From an uncultured Elusimicrobia bacterium (lineage in GTDB: Bacteria > Elusimicrobiota > Elusimicrobia > 2-01-FULL-59-12): 64,000 bases of DNA. Both the position numbers and the translations under genes were made by a program. This document shows positions 54,020 through 62,233 of the stretch, one piece after another; within the stretch, counting starts at the first letter, position 1; every line of letters begins with the position of its first letter. Under the pieces are notes generated by a model. The model did not search any database and was not told the origin of the DNA. It saw only the letters and a program-made list of their open reading frames with translations. Location: assembly GCA_963702895.1 (NCBI GenBank), contig OY969767.1:1100866-1164865 (forward strand), written 5' to 3'.

Positions 54020-55335
54020 AAGGATAATCGTTTCCTGATCTCCGCTTCATAGCCCAGATCCGTGGGTTCATAAAAACCGGTCGGGTTGGGCCAATAGTTC
54101 TGTGGAACAAAGTGGCCCGGGTAGTCGTGGGGATAGAGATAACCCTGGCCATGGCCGAGCCCCTCCCGGTCGAGCGTCGCATCCTTCAGGTGGTTCGGCA
54201 CTTCACGCATGGTGCCGGATTCTACTTCTTTTAAGGCTTGCTCTCCCGCCAGATAGGCCGCGTTCGATTTTGGAGCGGTGGCAATATAGGTGGCGGCTTG
54301 CGCCAGCGCAATGCGGCCTTCGGGCATGCCCACAAACTCGACCGCAGCCAAGGCCGCGTGCGCCACAAGCAGTGCCCTTGGATCGGCGTTGCCCACATCT
54401 TCCGAAGCCGAGATAATGAGGCGCCGGGCGATAAAGCGTGGGTCGTCACCGGCCTTAAGGAGCCGGGCCATCCAGTAAAGCGCGGCGTCGGGATCTCCCC
54501 CGCGCAGGGACTTGATAAAGGCGGAGGCGATATCGTAATGCTGGTCCCCCGCTTTGTCATGGACCAGGGCGCGCTTTTGGACGCATTCCTCGGCGATTTT
54601 AAGCGTGATGAGCACCCGCCCCGCGGAGTCGGCAGGAGTGGTGAGCCCGGCGAGTTCCAGCGCGTTCAACAGGCGGCGCGCATCACCGCTGGCTTGCTGG
54701 ATCAAGTGAGAGCGAGCCTCGGCTTCGAGCTGGATGCGCAGTTGGCCGAGACCTCGCTCGCGGTCCGATAACGCAGAAGCGAGCACCTTCTCCAGTGCGT
54801 CTTCCGCCAGTGGCTTAAACTCAAAGACCTGAGCGCGCGACGTGAGCGCCGAGTTGACGTAGAAATAGGGGTTTTCCGTGGTCAGGCCGATCAGGGTAAA
54901 GAGCCCCCGCTCAACGTCCGGGAGGAGCGCGTCCTGCTGGGCCCGGTTGAAGCGGTGGATCTCATCGAGGATGAGGAGTGTTTTCTGGCCAGAGCTTTGG
55001 CGTCTTTCCTTGGCGCGGCTCATCACGGTGCGAATGTCTGCGACACCTGCCGTGACAGCGTTCATTTCCTCGACCGCTGCCTGGGTTTTTCGCGCGATGA
55101 GCCTCGCGAGCGCAGACTTGCCGCATCCCGGCGGGCCAAAGAAGATGGCGGAGCTTAAACGGTCCGCCCGCACGGCGCGCCAGAGGAGTTTCCCTTCGCC
55201 GAGCAAATGGTCTTGTCCAGCCCATTCCTCAAGGGTACGAGGCGACATCCGGAGCGCCAGCGGCTCGGTGGTGGCGGCGGCCTCTGCCGGACGGCTAAAG
55301 AGTGACAACGTTGACGAAGACTCTGTTTTTGGCAT
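53977..55335 (-). CDS. rarA: Replication-associated recombination protein A (MgsA/RarA)
   Basis: FFGPPGCGKSALARLIA, LILDEIHRFNRAQQDALLP and MgsA C-terminal YDIASAFIKSLRGGDPDAALYW. ATG at 55335. Confidence 0.9.
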   Translation of the reverse strand: MPKTESSSTLSLFSRPAEAAATTEPLALRMSPRTLEEWAGQDHLLGEGKLLWRAVRADRLSSAIFFGPPGCGKSALARLIARKTQAAVEEMNAVTAGVADIRTVMSRAKERRQSSGQKTLLILDEIHRFNRAQQDALLPDVERGLFTLIGLTTENPYFYVNSALTSRAQVFEFKPLAEDALEKVLASALSDRERGLGQLRIQLEAEARSHLIQQASGDARRLLNALELAGLTTPADSAGRVLITLKIAEECVQKRALVHDKAGDQHYDIASAFIKSLRGGDPDAALYWMARLLKAGDDPRFIARRLIISASEDVGNADPRALLVAHAALAAVEFVGMPEGRIALAQAATYIATAPKSNAAYLAGEQALKEVESGTMREVPNHLKDATLDREGLGHGQGYLYPHDYPGHFVPQNYWPNPTGFYEPTDLGYEAEIRKRLSLWRSQTKRPSEKNS

Positions 55336-55355
55336 AAGACGGATGTGCGCAGTTG

Positions 55356-55646
55356 TTAGAGGCCGGAGGTGGCCTGTTCGAGCATCTTGATCCAATCGGC
55401 AGCTTTGCTTTCCAAATCCTTGGAACTCGAGCCTTTGGCTTCTTGGAGACGAAAGAGCTCATCGGTGATGTTCATGGCAGTCATCACTGAGAGTTTGTAG
55501 GAGTCGATCACCTTTGACCCTTGCTTCATCTCTTGCATCTTTTCTTCCACATATTGGGCAAGACGATTGACGTAAAGCTCATCGCCGGGGTTCGCTTCGA
55601 CAGGGTACTCATGTCCCATGATCTGCACGTACATCACGTTTTTCAT
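55356..55646 (-). CDS. zapA: Cell division protein ZapA
   Basis: VQIMGHEYPVEANPGDELYVNRLAQYVEEKM...SVMTAMNITDELF. Confidence 0.8.
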   Translation of the reverse strand: MKNVMYVQIMGHEYPVEANPGDELYVNRLAQYVEEKMQEMKQGSKVIDSYKLSVMTAMNITDELFRLQEAKGSSSKDLESKAADWIKMLEQATSGL

Positions 55647-55894
55647 GACGACCTCATATGATTCAGAGCTGCCAGGGCCCGTTCCACGCGGTGCGTGGCG
55701 GCATCGTGCTTTTTACGGAGTTGGTCCATATCGGCCATGGCGCGCTGAGCTTTGTGATTTTCGCCGGCGAGCATGGTGACTTGGGATTTTAAGGAGTCGC
55801 GCTCGGTTTTGAGATATTGGTTCTCCCTGCGAAGGGACCCAATCACTTCAACTACTCTTTTTATTTTTGCTTCTAGCTCTTCGGTTTTGCTCAC
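55643..55894 (-). CDS. Coiled-coil ZapB-like cell-division protein
   Basis: 83-aa heptad-rich protein immediately upstream of zapA, overlapping it by 4 nt. Confidence 0.55.
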   Translation of the reverse strand: MSKTEELEAKIKRVVEVIGSLRRENQYLKTERDSLKSQVTMLAGENHKAQRAMADMDQLRKKHDAATHRVERALAALNHMRSS

Positions 55895-55935
55895 GTCGTG
55901 ATCATACTACTTGACCGCCGTCGGGCTCAAGCGCG

Positions 55936-56286
55936 TTAGGCGGCTTTACGGCCTTTGCGAGGGATAATGGCGAGGTCCATGCCAAAAGCACGGAGAATCT
56001 GGTGAAGGCTTGCGATTTCCGGATTGCCTTTGTCGGAGAGAAGGCGATAGAGATGCCCCCGATTCATATGCAGCCGGCGCGAAAGCGCGAGAAGCCCCCC
56101 TTGCGCCTCGGCGACATTGCGCAGTGCGATCAGGAAATGTTTTCTGTCCCCTTCTTCCAGAGCGGCGTTGAGATACGCACAGGCTTCGAGCGGTTCTTTA
56201 AGATCTTTGATCAGTTCATCGTGGTAGCTAACACTCGGTTCCACGTATTCTCCTTTGATAGTCTTCCCAGTATGTTTTGGCTTCAT
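55936..56286 (-). CDS. HigA-family addiction-module antidote protein (HTH)
   Basis: LEACAYLNAALEEGDRKHFLIALRNVAEAQGGLLALSRRLHMNRGHLYRLLSDKGNPEIASL. Start is ATG 56286 or GTG 56244. Confidence 0.8.
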   Translation of the reverse strand: MKPKHTGKTIKGEYVEPSVSYHDELIKDLKEPLEACAYLNAALEEGDRKHFLIALRNVAEAQGGLLALSRRLHMNRGHLYRLLSDKGNPEIASLHQILRAFGMDLAIIPRKGRKAA

Positions 56287-56575
56287 CAATGTCCCTTTGT
56301 TGTGTACTCTTATCGCCACCGATTAAGAGGATTATGAGTGAGAATCCGTCACAGCCAAAATAGATCCTATACCCCGGGCCCCAATTGATTTTAAGTTCTG
56401 AAACCCCCTGGCCTATCGGCCGCCAGTATCCCGGATTGCCTTCGGAGAATCGCTCAAGCCTATTGCGTAAAACAGACCGAGCTTTACGGTCTCTGAGGCC
56501 TCTTAGCCACTCCATGAAAGGCATCCGGCCGCTCGGAAGTGTATAGGGCCTGAGTTCCTTGGGCCCCTCTAGCAT
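56228..56575 (-). CDS. HigB/RelE-type addiction-module killer protein
   Basis: GVSELKINWGPGYRIYFGCDGFSLIILLIGGDKSTQQRDIDEA. Toxin-first order is typical of HigBA. Confidence 0.8.
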   Translation of the reverse strand: MLEGPKELRPYTLPSGRMPFMEWLRGLRDRKARSVLRNRLERFSEGNPGYWRPIGQGVSELKINWGPGYRIYFGCDGFSLIILLIGGDKSTQQRDIDEAKTYWEDYQRRIRGTEC

Positions 56576-56674
56576 GGCCGGCTCTCAGGATTGTACGGTA
56601 TAGCGTGCAGATTTTCAAGGCATGTCCTCATATCCCTTAGATGCAGAAGGGCGATTCATATTCACGCGGTCGTC

Positions 56675-56716
56675 GGAAAAAAAGAATACAGCGGAGACGA
56701 CATATGTCGTCTCCGC
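56675..56716 (-). terminator. Rho-independent terminator downstream of dinB
   Basis: Perfect 13-bp-arm palindrome gcggagacgacat/atgtcgtctccgc (56691-56716), followed on the minus strand by UGUAUUCUUUUUUU. Confidence 0.6.
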
Positions 56717-56724
56717 CGTTTGCC

Positions 56725-57927
56725 TTAGAACTCTTCCAGATCCGGTACCCGCTGAAACGAAATTCGAGTGGGCGCGCCGTGCTGGGAGCTCTCGGGCATT
56801 CCCACCGAAAGCGTCCCTTTGCCGAACTTGGCGTTGATGCGGTCCATGGCCGTTCCCAAGTTTTCGCGCTGAGGATTGACGAGAAGCGAAAGCTGGTGGC
56901 AGCTTGCGGGAATAAGCTCCCGGAACGTGACAGACACGAGAAACGGGATGCCGCTGGGGCGCACTTTCCAGAGCTCCCGCAGCGCAGAGAGCGCGATGAG
57001 CGTGTCTTGCGTTTCTTCCAGGCGTGCTTCCTTTTCCCAGTACATATCCCCCAGATAACGAACCTGGGCCAGAAGGCGTCTCGCGTAGAACCCTTCTTTG
57101 CGCAGGCGAACCGCTGCTTTAACGAGGAGTTTCTTGATCACGCGCCAAGAGCCTTCTTCGGTGCGAAACTCCGGCTCCAGAACATGCTGGTGGCCTAAGC
57201 TCCGGTGGACCGATTCGGCCAGCCGAACGTCTTCCCCGCGCAGCCAGTCATGGAAGCGCCTTCCCACCACTCCTCCCCAGATGCCGGCCATGGCGCTCGA
57301 AGAAAGCTGGCAAAGAGCTTCTACCGTGGAAATGCCGCGTTCCTGGAGACGGCGCCCCATGCGGGGGCCAATCCCTGGGAAGTCCTGCAGCTTGAGCCCG
57401 TAGAGCGCCGCGGGAAGCTCTTCCTTCCGGAGCACGGTCACGCCATTGGGCTTGTTCATGTCCGAGGCGACTTTGGCGAGAAACCGGTTGGGGGCCAGGC
57501 CCACCGAACAGGTCAGGAATTCCCCCACCTGATGCCGGAGCGCGGTTTTAATCTGTTCAACGAGCTGGAGCGCGTTCGGGAGCTCGCGCTGGGAACCGGA
57601 GAGTTCGCCGATCATCTCATCGATGGACATGATGGCGTCGATCGGCAGGTGGGCCCCTACGGCTTCCACGATCGCCTTGTGATAGAGGGTGTAGAGATCG
57701 TGGCGGGCGAGCACAAACGTAATGCCCGGGCAGCGCAGACGGGCCTCGGCGACGGAAGTGCCGGTTTTCACGCCAAACTTTTTGGCCTCGCGGCTGGCGG
57801 CGAGGCAACAGGTGGTCTCCGCGACAAGAGGGATAACCCCTACAGGTTTTCCGCGCAACTCCGGTCGGGCCTGCTGCTCACACGACGCGAAGTAGCTGTC
57901 GAGATCCAAAAAGAACCATCGAATCAT
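56725..57927 (-). CDS. dinB: Y-family DNA polymerase (DinB/Pol IV-like)
   Basis: FFLDLDSYFASCEQ, IMSIDEMIGELSG and FPGIGPRMGRRLQERGISTV. Confidence 0.85.
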   Translation of the reverse strand: MIRWFFLDLDSYFASCEQQARPELRGKPVGVIPLVAETTCCLAASREAKKFGVKTGTSVAEARLRCPGITFVLARHDLYTLYHKAIVEAVGAHLPIDAIMSIDEMIGELSGSQRELPNALQLVEQIKTALRHQVGEFLTCSVGLAPNRFLAKVASDMNKPNGVTVLRKEELPAALYGLKLQDFPGIGPRMGRRLQERGISTVEALCQLSSSAMAGIWGGVVGRRFHDWLRGEDVRLAESVHRSLGHQHVLEPEFRTEEGSWRVIKKLLVKAAVRLRKEGFYARRLLAQVRYLGDMYWEKEARLEETQDTLIALSALRELWKVRPSGIPFLVSVTFRELIPASCHQLSLLVNPQRENLGTAMDRINAKFGKGTLSVGMPESSQHGAPTRISFQRVPDLEEF

Positions 57928-58082
57928 ACATATGAATGATAGCAGATGAAGGGAGCCCGGTCACGGGCTGTGATCGGTTGGGATTTCCCCCCTCCTTCGT
58001 GGAGGACCTTTAGGCCGGGGGGTGTAGGCCTGACGGATTCAAGGGACTTCTGTCAGAGGGAGCGCCGCGCCCTGAGCCGCTC

Positions 58083-58280
58083 TTAGGCCGCAGGCGGCTT
58101 GGGGACAGGCGGTTCGGCGGTGAGCGTGGCGGTGGCCTGTTTTTCCGTGATAATCGCTTTTAACCGAAAGGCCAAGTCGACGGCCCGCCGGAGCGTCTTT
58201 TCGTCTGCGCTCGCCCTTTCACCGGCAATCACGCCAGCTAAAATAGTCGCCGACAACTTCGCTATTTCGTTTTCATCCAT
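58083..58280 (-). CDS. Small hypothetical protein (65 aa)
   Basis: GAGGAGG lies 8 nt upstream of the ATG. No motif recognised. Confidence 0.5.
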   Translation of the reverse strand: MDENEIAKLSATILAGVIAGERASADEKTLRRAVDLAFRLKAIITEKQATATLTAEPPVPKPPAA

Positions 58281-58391
58281 AGAAACACCTCCTCATGTCT
58301 TCCTACACATGATTCATCCATCTCTGGCTATCTGGATAACGGGATCCGCGCGAAGGGCGCAAGGCCTACGCCCAGGCCGTCGATGGAGCGT

Positions 58392-58598
58392 TTAGACCTT
58401 CCGGACATTGGCCGCTTTGGGCCCCTTATCGCTCGACTGCACATCAAACTCGATCCGATCGCCTTCCGCTAAACTTTTCGCACCCTCGCCCTGGATGGCC
58501 GAGGAATGCACAAACACATCCTTCGCGCCATTATCCGGCGTCACAAATCCAAATCCCTTCGCATCGTTGAACCATTTAACTTTGCCTGTCTGACTCAT
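58392..58598 (-). CDS. Cold-shock protein (CspA family)
   Basis: [31 protein letters not shown] (RNP1/RNP2). AAGGAG lies before ATG 58598. Confidence 0.9.
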   Translation of the reverse strand: MSQTGKVKWFNDAKGFGFVTPDNGAKDVFVHSSAIQGEGAKSLAEGDRIEFDVQSSDKGPKAANVRKV

Positions 58599-59025
58599 GG
58601 GTTGTTTCTCCTTTGTATTCGATCGTAAAGTGGTAGTAAAGCTTGACCCCGCAGGCCATACGGGGGTCCATGTAGGAGCCCGCCTGGCAAATGGCAAGCC
58701 CCTCATGGGACTCCTTGGATGAATTCACGGCGTCTTGAAGGACTTCGGTCAAATGGAATTGTCCGTTGCCGCATGTACTGGGGCACGGAATTTGGAGTGT
58801 CAAGGGCTCATCAAGATTAAACATACGTGAATCCTGTCCGAGGGGAAGGCCAGAAGGCCCTTCCATGCGGATCGCGAGTTGCAGATGGCTGATCTGTGGA
58901 AATCTCTGACTCAGCGTTTCCGCATGATCCCGTGCGAGTTCGGCTTTTTCGTGACGAACCGCGCGCAGCTCATTTTTACTGGGTCCATGGCGGGCTCGCC
59001 GCTTACGATAGGATTTTGGAGGCAT
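58576..59025 (-). CDS. Hypothetical protein (149 aa) whose 3' end overlaps the csp start by 23 nt
   Basis: Non-repetitive ORF with a basic N-terminus and several Cys residues (CPSTC, CQAG, MAC). No motif recognised. Confidence 0.45.
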   Translation of the reverse strand: MPPKSYRKRRARHGPSKNELRAVRHEKAELARDHAETLSQRFPQISHLQLAIRMEGPSGLPLGQDSRMFNLDEPLTLQIPCPSTCGNGQFHLTEVLQDAVNSSKESHEGLAICQAGSYMDPRMACGVKLYYHFTIEYKGETTHESDRQS

Positions 59026-59040
59026 TCGTGAACGGCCGGC

Positions 59041-59208
59041 TTAGCCGCGCATGGGCACGGGCGGCCTTTTCTTAGATTTCGGAGGCGGGAGGCAGATGCA
59101 GCCCGTAAAGCCGCAGCCGATGCAGCAATAGACTTTCTTTTCGATATGAAAACCCTTGGTGGTGGCCCATCGGGATTTTCGCAACTGGCAGTTCCGACAC
59201 TTTCTCAT
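59041..59208 (-). CDS. Small Cys-rich protein (55 aa), putative metal-binding
   Basis: MRKCRNCQ...KVYCCIGCGFTGCIC: 8 Cys in 55 aa. The start choice is tentative. Confidence 0.35.
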   Translation of the reverse strand: MRKCRNCQLRKSRWATTKGFHIEKKVYCCIGCGFTGCICLPPPKSKKRPPVPMRG

Positions 59209-59442
59209 TGGCCATTGTACCACTTTCTGACGCGCCTCGTCCGAATCAGGCCGGCCGTCACTGGCCGGAGTTTCGTGCTCCGTCGGAAGAGGAAGCCTCC
59301 CTTGAGCCAAAGATGAAGCCTCTCGGCAGAACGATTGAGCAGGGGGCGCAAAAAGATTAGGTGTCTAACGGGGCGGTTGTCACATCGATCTGGACCGGAT
59401 TGTGCGAAACTCGAGAACAAGTCCAAGGTCGCATGCGCCGCC

Positions 59443-60522
59443 TTAACGGGTCGACCGGTTCCAGAGACGTTCGAACTCCCGTTTGAAGCGAGGCGCCTGG
59501 TCATCGAGTACCACGAAGTTCTCATCGTTTCTTTGGGTCGCATTAGACGTCCAGTTAAAGCTCCCCGTGAGGACGTATCGGTCATCAAGAATAAGGAATT
59601 TGTGGTGCAGGATGCCTCCTTTGCTGCCCCGCTGGATGCGTATGGGAATGCCGGCACTGCGCAAAAGATCGCTGACATCACGCTTTCCTGCGGCTTGCGT
59701 TTTGTCGTGGACGACGCGCACCTTCACGCCGCGGAGTTTCGCCTGGACCAGAGCCCTGGCGATCTTTTCATCGGTGAGGCCATAGATGGCGCCGTCAAGC
59801 GACTTTTCGGCTGAGGCAATCCAGGACGTCATGACTTGGTCGCAGTGCCCGAGCGGACTAAAACACGTGTCAAGGGTCCTGGCTGCCAGCGGCAGAGCCA
59901 CCAGGGTCAGCCCCGTGGCGAGAACCAGGCATGCGGCTCTCCTGGCTGTCCGCTTTTTCAACATCCAGAGGGCCAGGACGAGGTAAACCGCGGCCAGCGC
60001 TGCGTAGTTGGAGAGCATGAAGGTTTTGTTACCCCAGGAGGTGCCTTCATAAAACGGTGTCGGGAACGGCCAGAGGTAAGGCGTTGCAAAAAAACGGCTG
60101 GAGTGGGTCGGTATATCGCCCAGGATATGGAGGGCCCAGGCACCCAGCGGCATCAGTGACCGTAACGGAGTAACGGGGTAACGGGGTAACGGAGTCACGT
60201 CATTTTGTAATTGCTCTGACCCCGATACTCCGGTACTCCGATACTCCGATACGGCCCAAAGTACTGCAAAGACGGCGGCCCACACCACCAAGCTGTGCGT
60301 GACATCGTAGGCATGATACACGTACGCGGGGATCGTGCTGGGGTCCGGCGGGCCGTGGCGGCCCTTCGCCCAGCGCTCACCGATATCACCCAAATGGGTC
60401 AGAAAGAAGGGGCCGAAAGATAAGAGGTCCGGTGCCACACCTGCGAGGAACGCCTGCTTCCAGCGCTTCTGGCAGAGTCCGAAGGCGGCCCCACCCCACA
60501 GTCCATGAGCTAGCGTGTCCAT
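59443..60522 (-). CDS. Fusion of a YdjM/DUF457-like membrane hydrolase domain with a PLD-family (Nuc-like, HKD) domain
   Basis: N-terminus MDTLAHGLWGGAAFG plus multiple TM segments. C-terminus GGILHHKFLILDDRYVLTGSFNWTSNATQRNDEN (HxKx4D...N). Confidence 0.75.
   Translation of the reverse strand: MDTLAHGLWGGAAFGLCQKRWKQAFLAGVAPDLLSFGPFFLTHLGDIGERWAKGRHGPPDPSTIPAYVYHAYDVTHSLVVWAAVFAVLWAVSEYRSTGVSGSEQLQNDVTPLPRYPVTPLRSLMPLGAWALHILGDIPTHSSRFFATPYLWPFPTPFYEGTSWGNKTFMLSNYAALAAVYLVLALWMLKKRTARRAACLVLATGLTLVALPLAARTLDTCFSPLGHCDQVMTSWIASAEKSLDGAIYGLTDEKIARALVQAKLRGVKVRVVHDKTQAAGKRDVSDLLRSAGIPIRIQRGSKGGILHHKFLILDDRYVLTGSFNWTSNATQRNDENFVVLDDQAPRFKREFERLWNRSTR
60161..60252. repeat. 8-nt-period hairpin element (GTAACGG / CCGATAC class), in frame in the YdjM-PLD gene
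   Basis: cgtaacgg agtaacgg ggtaacgg ggtaacgg agtcacg, a 20-nt loop, then ccccgatac tccggtac tccgatac tccgatac. Peptide is SEYRSTGVSGSEQLQNDVTPLPRYPVTPLRS. Confidence 0.85.
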
Positions 60523-60528
60523 AGTGCC

Positions 60529-60612
60529 AGTATCGGAGTAACGGGGTATCGGGGTATCGGCGTAACAGCAGGTTGTGTGTAATAGAGCAACAGCGTAACA
60601 GCTGTATCGGAG
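60529..60612. repeat. Intergenic 8-nt tandem units (GTATCGG/GTAACGG/GTAACAG), same orientation
   Basis: gtatcgg agtaacgg ggtatcgg ggtatcgg cgtaacag ... cgtaacag ctgtatcgg. Begins 7 nt upstream of the YdjM-PLD start codon. Confidence 0.8.
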
Positions 60613-60723
60613 TCCTGGGGTGTCCGGGCATTGTAGTGATGGGGAAACGGTGTAACGATATTGGGCAAGGGCTCAGTCCGAAGAAAAATCTGGTTTCCAG
60701 AATTTATCTGGTTGTTGGTGTGA

Positions 60724-60756
60724 CCCCGGTACTCCGCTACTCCCATACACCGATAC
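60724..60756. repeat. Complementary 8-nt units (CCGNTAC), partner arm of 60529-60612 across a ~110-nt spacer
   Basis: ccccggtac tccgctac tcccatac accgatac. Ends 5 nt before the SEC-C gene stop. Confidence 0.7.
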
Positions 60757-60761
60757 TAGCT

Positions 60762-61088
60762 TTAGCCGCCGCCGGTCCGCCGCGACATATTAAACTTCGG
60801 CACGGTGATCTGGGTATGTTTCTGACCGGATGGCTGAGCGCCCTGAGGTGGTTTGTGGGAGGTGCCGGACGGTGGGGCTTTGGCCGCCTCCGCCTTTTCC
60901 TGTTCGGCTTTTGCGGCGGCTGCTTTTTCCCCTTCCTGCCATTTCTTCTCGAGATGGTCATGGGTCACGGCGGCGTCTTTTTCTTCGTGGCACTTCTTAT
61001 ATTTCTTACCCGACTTGCAATGGCAAGGATCGTTTCTCCCCGGCAACTGAGCGGGTGGTGCATACGCGTCTGATTTTTTTCCGAACAT
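60762..61088 (-). CDS. SEC-C motif (metal-binding) domain protein with a low-complexity K/A/E tail
   Basis: GRNDPCHCKSGKKYKKCH. ATG at 61088. Confidence 0.7.
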   Translation of the reverse strand: MFGKKSDAYAPPAQLPGRNDPCHCKSGKKYKKCHEEKDAAVTHDHLEKKWQEGEKAAAAKAEQEKAEAAKAPPSGTSHKPPQGAQPSGQKHTQITVPKFNMSRRTGGG

Positions 61089-61224
61089 CGCTTCCTCCTT
61101 GTTGTCTCCCCGGCGAAAGCCGACCCTCCACACACCCGGCGGTCCGTCCGCCCTGCCGTGTGGCGGACGGGGTCTATCATGATGGATCCCCCGCTGACGG
61201 CCGCGGGGGATGACATCCTGGGGG

Positions 61225-62223
61225 TTAAAGGTTGATTTTACGAATTTTGATGCCGGCCTCTATCAGCAGCTTTTGTGCGGGACCGGCAAGCGGATAGTCC
61301 TGATTATAGACGACCTCGATGACCCCTGCGTTGATGATCATTTTGGTGCACAAGAGACAGGGGCAAAAGGTGGTATAGAGCGTTGATCCTTTGATCGAAA
61401 TTCCATGATAGGCTGCCTGGACGATGGCGTTTTCTTCGCCATGGGAACAGTAACAATCTCCCAAGCCTTGTCCCGAGGGCCCCACGGCATTACAGCGAGG
61501 GCACCCGCCTTCAAAACAGTTCTTCGTATTGCGCGGTGTGCCGTTGTATCCGGTCGAGATGATTCGACCGTCTTTGACGATGAGCGCTGCGACCTTTCGT
61601 TTTAAACAGTTTCCGCGGCTGGCGACATGACGCGCGATATGCATGAAATAACGATCCCAGGACGGGCGCTTCACGTTCTTTAAGACCTGCTTGAGGCGCT
61701 CCGTGAGTGCCTTCTCAAGCTGCCTTAGGGTGCCATTGTTCGTGATCATGGTGTCCGCCAGGCGTTCGCAGGCGTCGAGGGACTGTTTGTGGGGGTCCGT
61801 GTTACTCGCTTCTCGTTTTTCGACCGCCATAAATTCTTTCAGGGTGCGGGGGTCTTGTTCCCGGGCTCTGACTTTGATTCGTTTGAGGCGCAGGTCCGGC
61901 TTGGCGGTGATGGCCCAAAGCGCAAAGTCCGGGCGCTTACGGAAGGCTTCCACTTCCGCGGGATTGCGGAAAGAGTCAACGACATAATTCTGGCTCTCTA
62001 CGAGCTTCTCCAGAATACGTTCGGCCAAAAGAGAAGGACCGTATTGTTCACGCAGTTCATTGCCGACCCGCGTCAGGTGAGCTCGTGTGGGGGTCAGGTG
62101 CTTGCGCTTGAGCTCGTCCCGCAAGACATCCGAAAGAGAGTGATAGTGAAAACCGCGCGATTGCAGGAAGCGGGCGACTTCCCCCTTTCCAGATGCGTTC
62201 TTTCCTGTCAAACCAATGATCAT
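61225..62223 (-). CDS. Fusion of a P-loop nucleotide-kinase-like domain and a dCMP/cytidylate deaminase domain
   Basis: MIIGLTGKNASGKGEVARFL (Walker A-like). Deaminase HGEENAI and FCPCLLC zinc motifs, plus CFEGGCPRC. ATG at 62223; the upstream extension runs through a repeat element. Confidence 0.8.
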   Translation of the reverse strand: MIIGLTGKNASGKGEVARFLQSRGFHYHSLSDVLRDELKRKHLTPTRAHLTRVGNELREQYGPSLLAERILEKLVESQNYVVDSFRNPAEVEAFRKRPDFALWAITAKPDLRLKRIKVRAREQDPRTLKEFMAVEKREASNTDPHKQSLDACERLADTMITNNGTLRQLEKALTERLKQVLKNVKRPSWDRYFMHIARHVASRGNCLKRKVAALIVKDGRIISTGYNGTPRNTKNCFEGGCPRCNAVGPSGQGLGDCYCSHGEENAIVQAAYHGISIKGSTLYTTFCPCLLCTKMIINAGVIEVVYNQDYPLAGPAQKLLIEAGIKIRKINL

Positions 62224-62233
62224 ATGAGGTTGA

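Noticed and set aside
53977-54100. 6S RNA (ssrS) expected upstream of the 5-formyl-THF cyclo-ligase gene by classical ssrS-ygfA synteny
   Set aside because: There is no intergenic space, because rarA overlaps the cyclo-ligase start by 43 nt. No 6S-like long bulged hairpin was seen here.
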